From Selaginella moellendorffii (lineage: Eukaryota; Plantae; Lycopodiophyta): a stretch of 64,000 bases of DNA. Position numbers and translations under genes: made by a program. A model generated the notes under the pieces. The model had not been told where the DNA came from. It worked only from the letters and a program-made list of their open reading frames with translations, and did no database searches. The DNA lies in NCBI RefSeq assembly GCF_000143415.4, contig NW_003314262.1:2468603-2532602 (forward strand), written 5' to 3'. Shown here piece by piece: positions 62,862 to 64,000 of the stretch (positions are counted from its first letter, which is position 1; each line of letters begins with the position of its first letter).

Positions 62862-64000
62862 TTATCCCCTCCTTTCGGAATGATGGAAGATAGTCAAAGT
62901 TCTCTCATGAACAAGCCAAGATTTGGAGGAACATCAAAAGGTGGCATTAGTGGATTTGTAAGTGGTGTTAGTTGTTCTTGATCCTTTTGTACAAAACATT
63001 TCAATTATTGCATATCCACAATTTCTAGAGGATTGGCTTGTTAAACATCATGCTAAACCTCATAAACTTGTTGCTACAACATTTCATATGGTCCCTTCCA
63101 CTGAGCAAAGAACCCTTAGATAAACCATGTACCATAAGATTGGGAAAATAGATTAATACCAAGTCATCCACTTTGTACTCTACAAATAAATGATGATGAG
63201 AGTTGTAGTGCCATTGTTGTCCCACTTGTACACGGCCCAGATAATCAGTAGACTTTGCTCAAATAAGTGGAAGAATGCTCGTCAAACTATTGATCCCAAG
63301 ACCTAACATCAGCAATTCATAGCAATTGCGAAGGTAAACTCAACTTTATTAGTAGTATTGAATCATGACTATATAGGAGTTTATATAGTAAAGCACTAAT
63401 AGAACTCTCCACCCCTGTAACATATGGATACTAAAATGATGGCAAATAACCATCTCAATCTGAATGTTGAAAGTTCATAAACTTCATAGTCATCCTTTTG
63501 AAAATCCAAACGAACTGTTCTACCAAACCATCTGACTATGAATGATAAGCATTCATGAAAATGTGGCATATGCCCAATTGAGATGTTAAAATGTAAAATG
63601 CCTTAGCCATAAATGCGGGACTGTTATCTGAAAGAATTCACTCCAGACATAAATGCTAGAACAATACTCAATTGAGGAAGAAGTATTCAGTAGTAGTTGC
63701 AAATACACTAGTGAGAGCATCAACTTCCACTCAGCGAGTCAAGTAGTCATAAGCAATAATGATATATTCATTACCAACATTCAACCGTGGAAAACACCCT
63801 ATCAAATCAAACACAACCAACTTAAATAAATGGGAAACTGTAATTGACTTTAACCATCTTTTTGTAGCACAAGGGGGAGTATTACAAGTTATGCACCAAA
63901 GGCAACTATGTATATATTGGATAATATTATATCATATCTTTGGCTAATAGAAACATACACAGCTTCTCGATCACACAACAATGTCCCATATGCTCACCTA
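62862..64000 (-). mobile_element. Decayed gypsy integrase and PPT
   Basis: YIIIAYDYLTR, ILSDNSPAF-type integrase core with many stops; runs off the window edge. Confidence 0.75.

Overview
Eukaryotic land-plant nuclear DNA. Very short GT-AG introns (~45-70 bp), tightly packed GC-rich genes, a PLS-class PPR gene and decayed Ty3/gypsy nests suggest a compact lycophyte genome such as Selaginella; this is an inference, not a database match. Layout: 1-10.8 kb is a nest of degenerate gypsy retroelements with solo LTRs (TSDs visible). 11.3-51.1 kb is a dense gene island: PARP-like ART, PPR, PELP1/RIX1, remorin-like, B-lectin fusion, PPPDE-like, U-box/ARM, EDRF1, tRNA-Arg(UCG), BCS1-like AAA, plastid PDH E2, AAA pseudogene with a SAMS relic, SAM synthetase, small secreted peptide, MLO, ETHE1, COQ9, oleosin, an unknown membrane protein and PRP43. 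51.2-64 kb is a second AT-rich TE graveyard containing a second B-lectin fusion gene. Main findings: (1) two paralogous, intronless, extremely AT-rich genes for secreted proteins that fuse a shared uncharacterised N-terminal domain to a GNA/bulb-type lectin, a candidate toxin-lectin defence family; (2) a short ART-domain PARP-like gene with an H-Y-I triad; (3) a non-autonomous element family with Helitron2/Helentron-type ends; (4) a SAM-synthetase relic collapsed to six short blocks; (5) a secreted precursor with repeated TPG(Q)GPSK motifs; (6) a 24-kb run of co-oriented genes with very short spacers. Exon boundaries were read by eye and are approximate.
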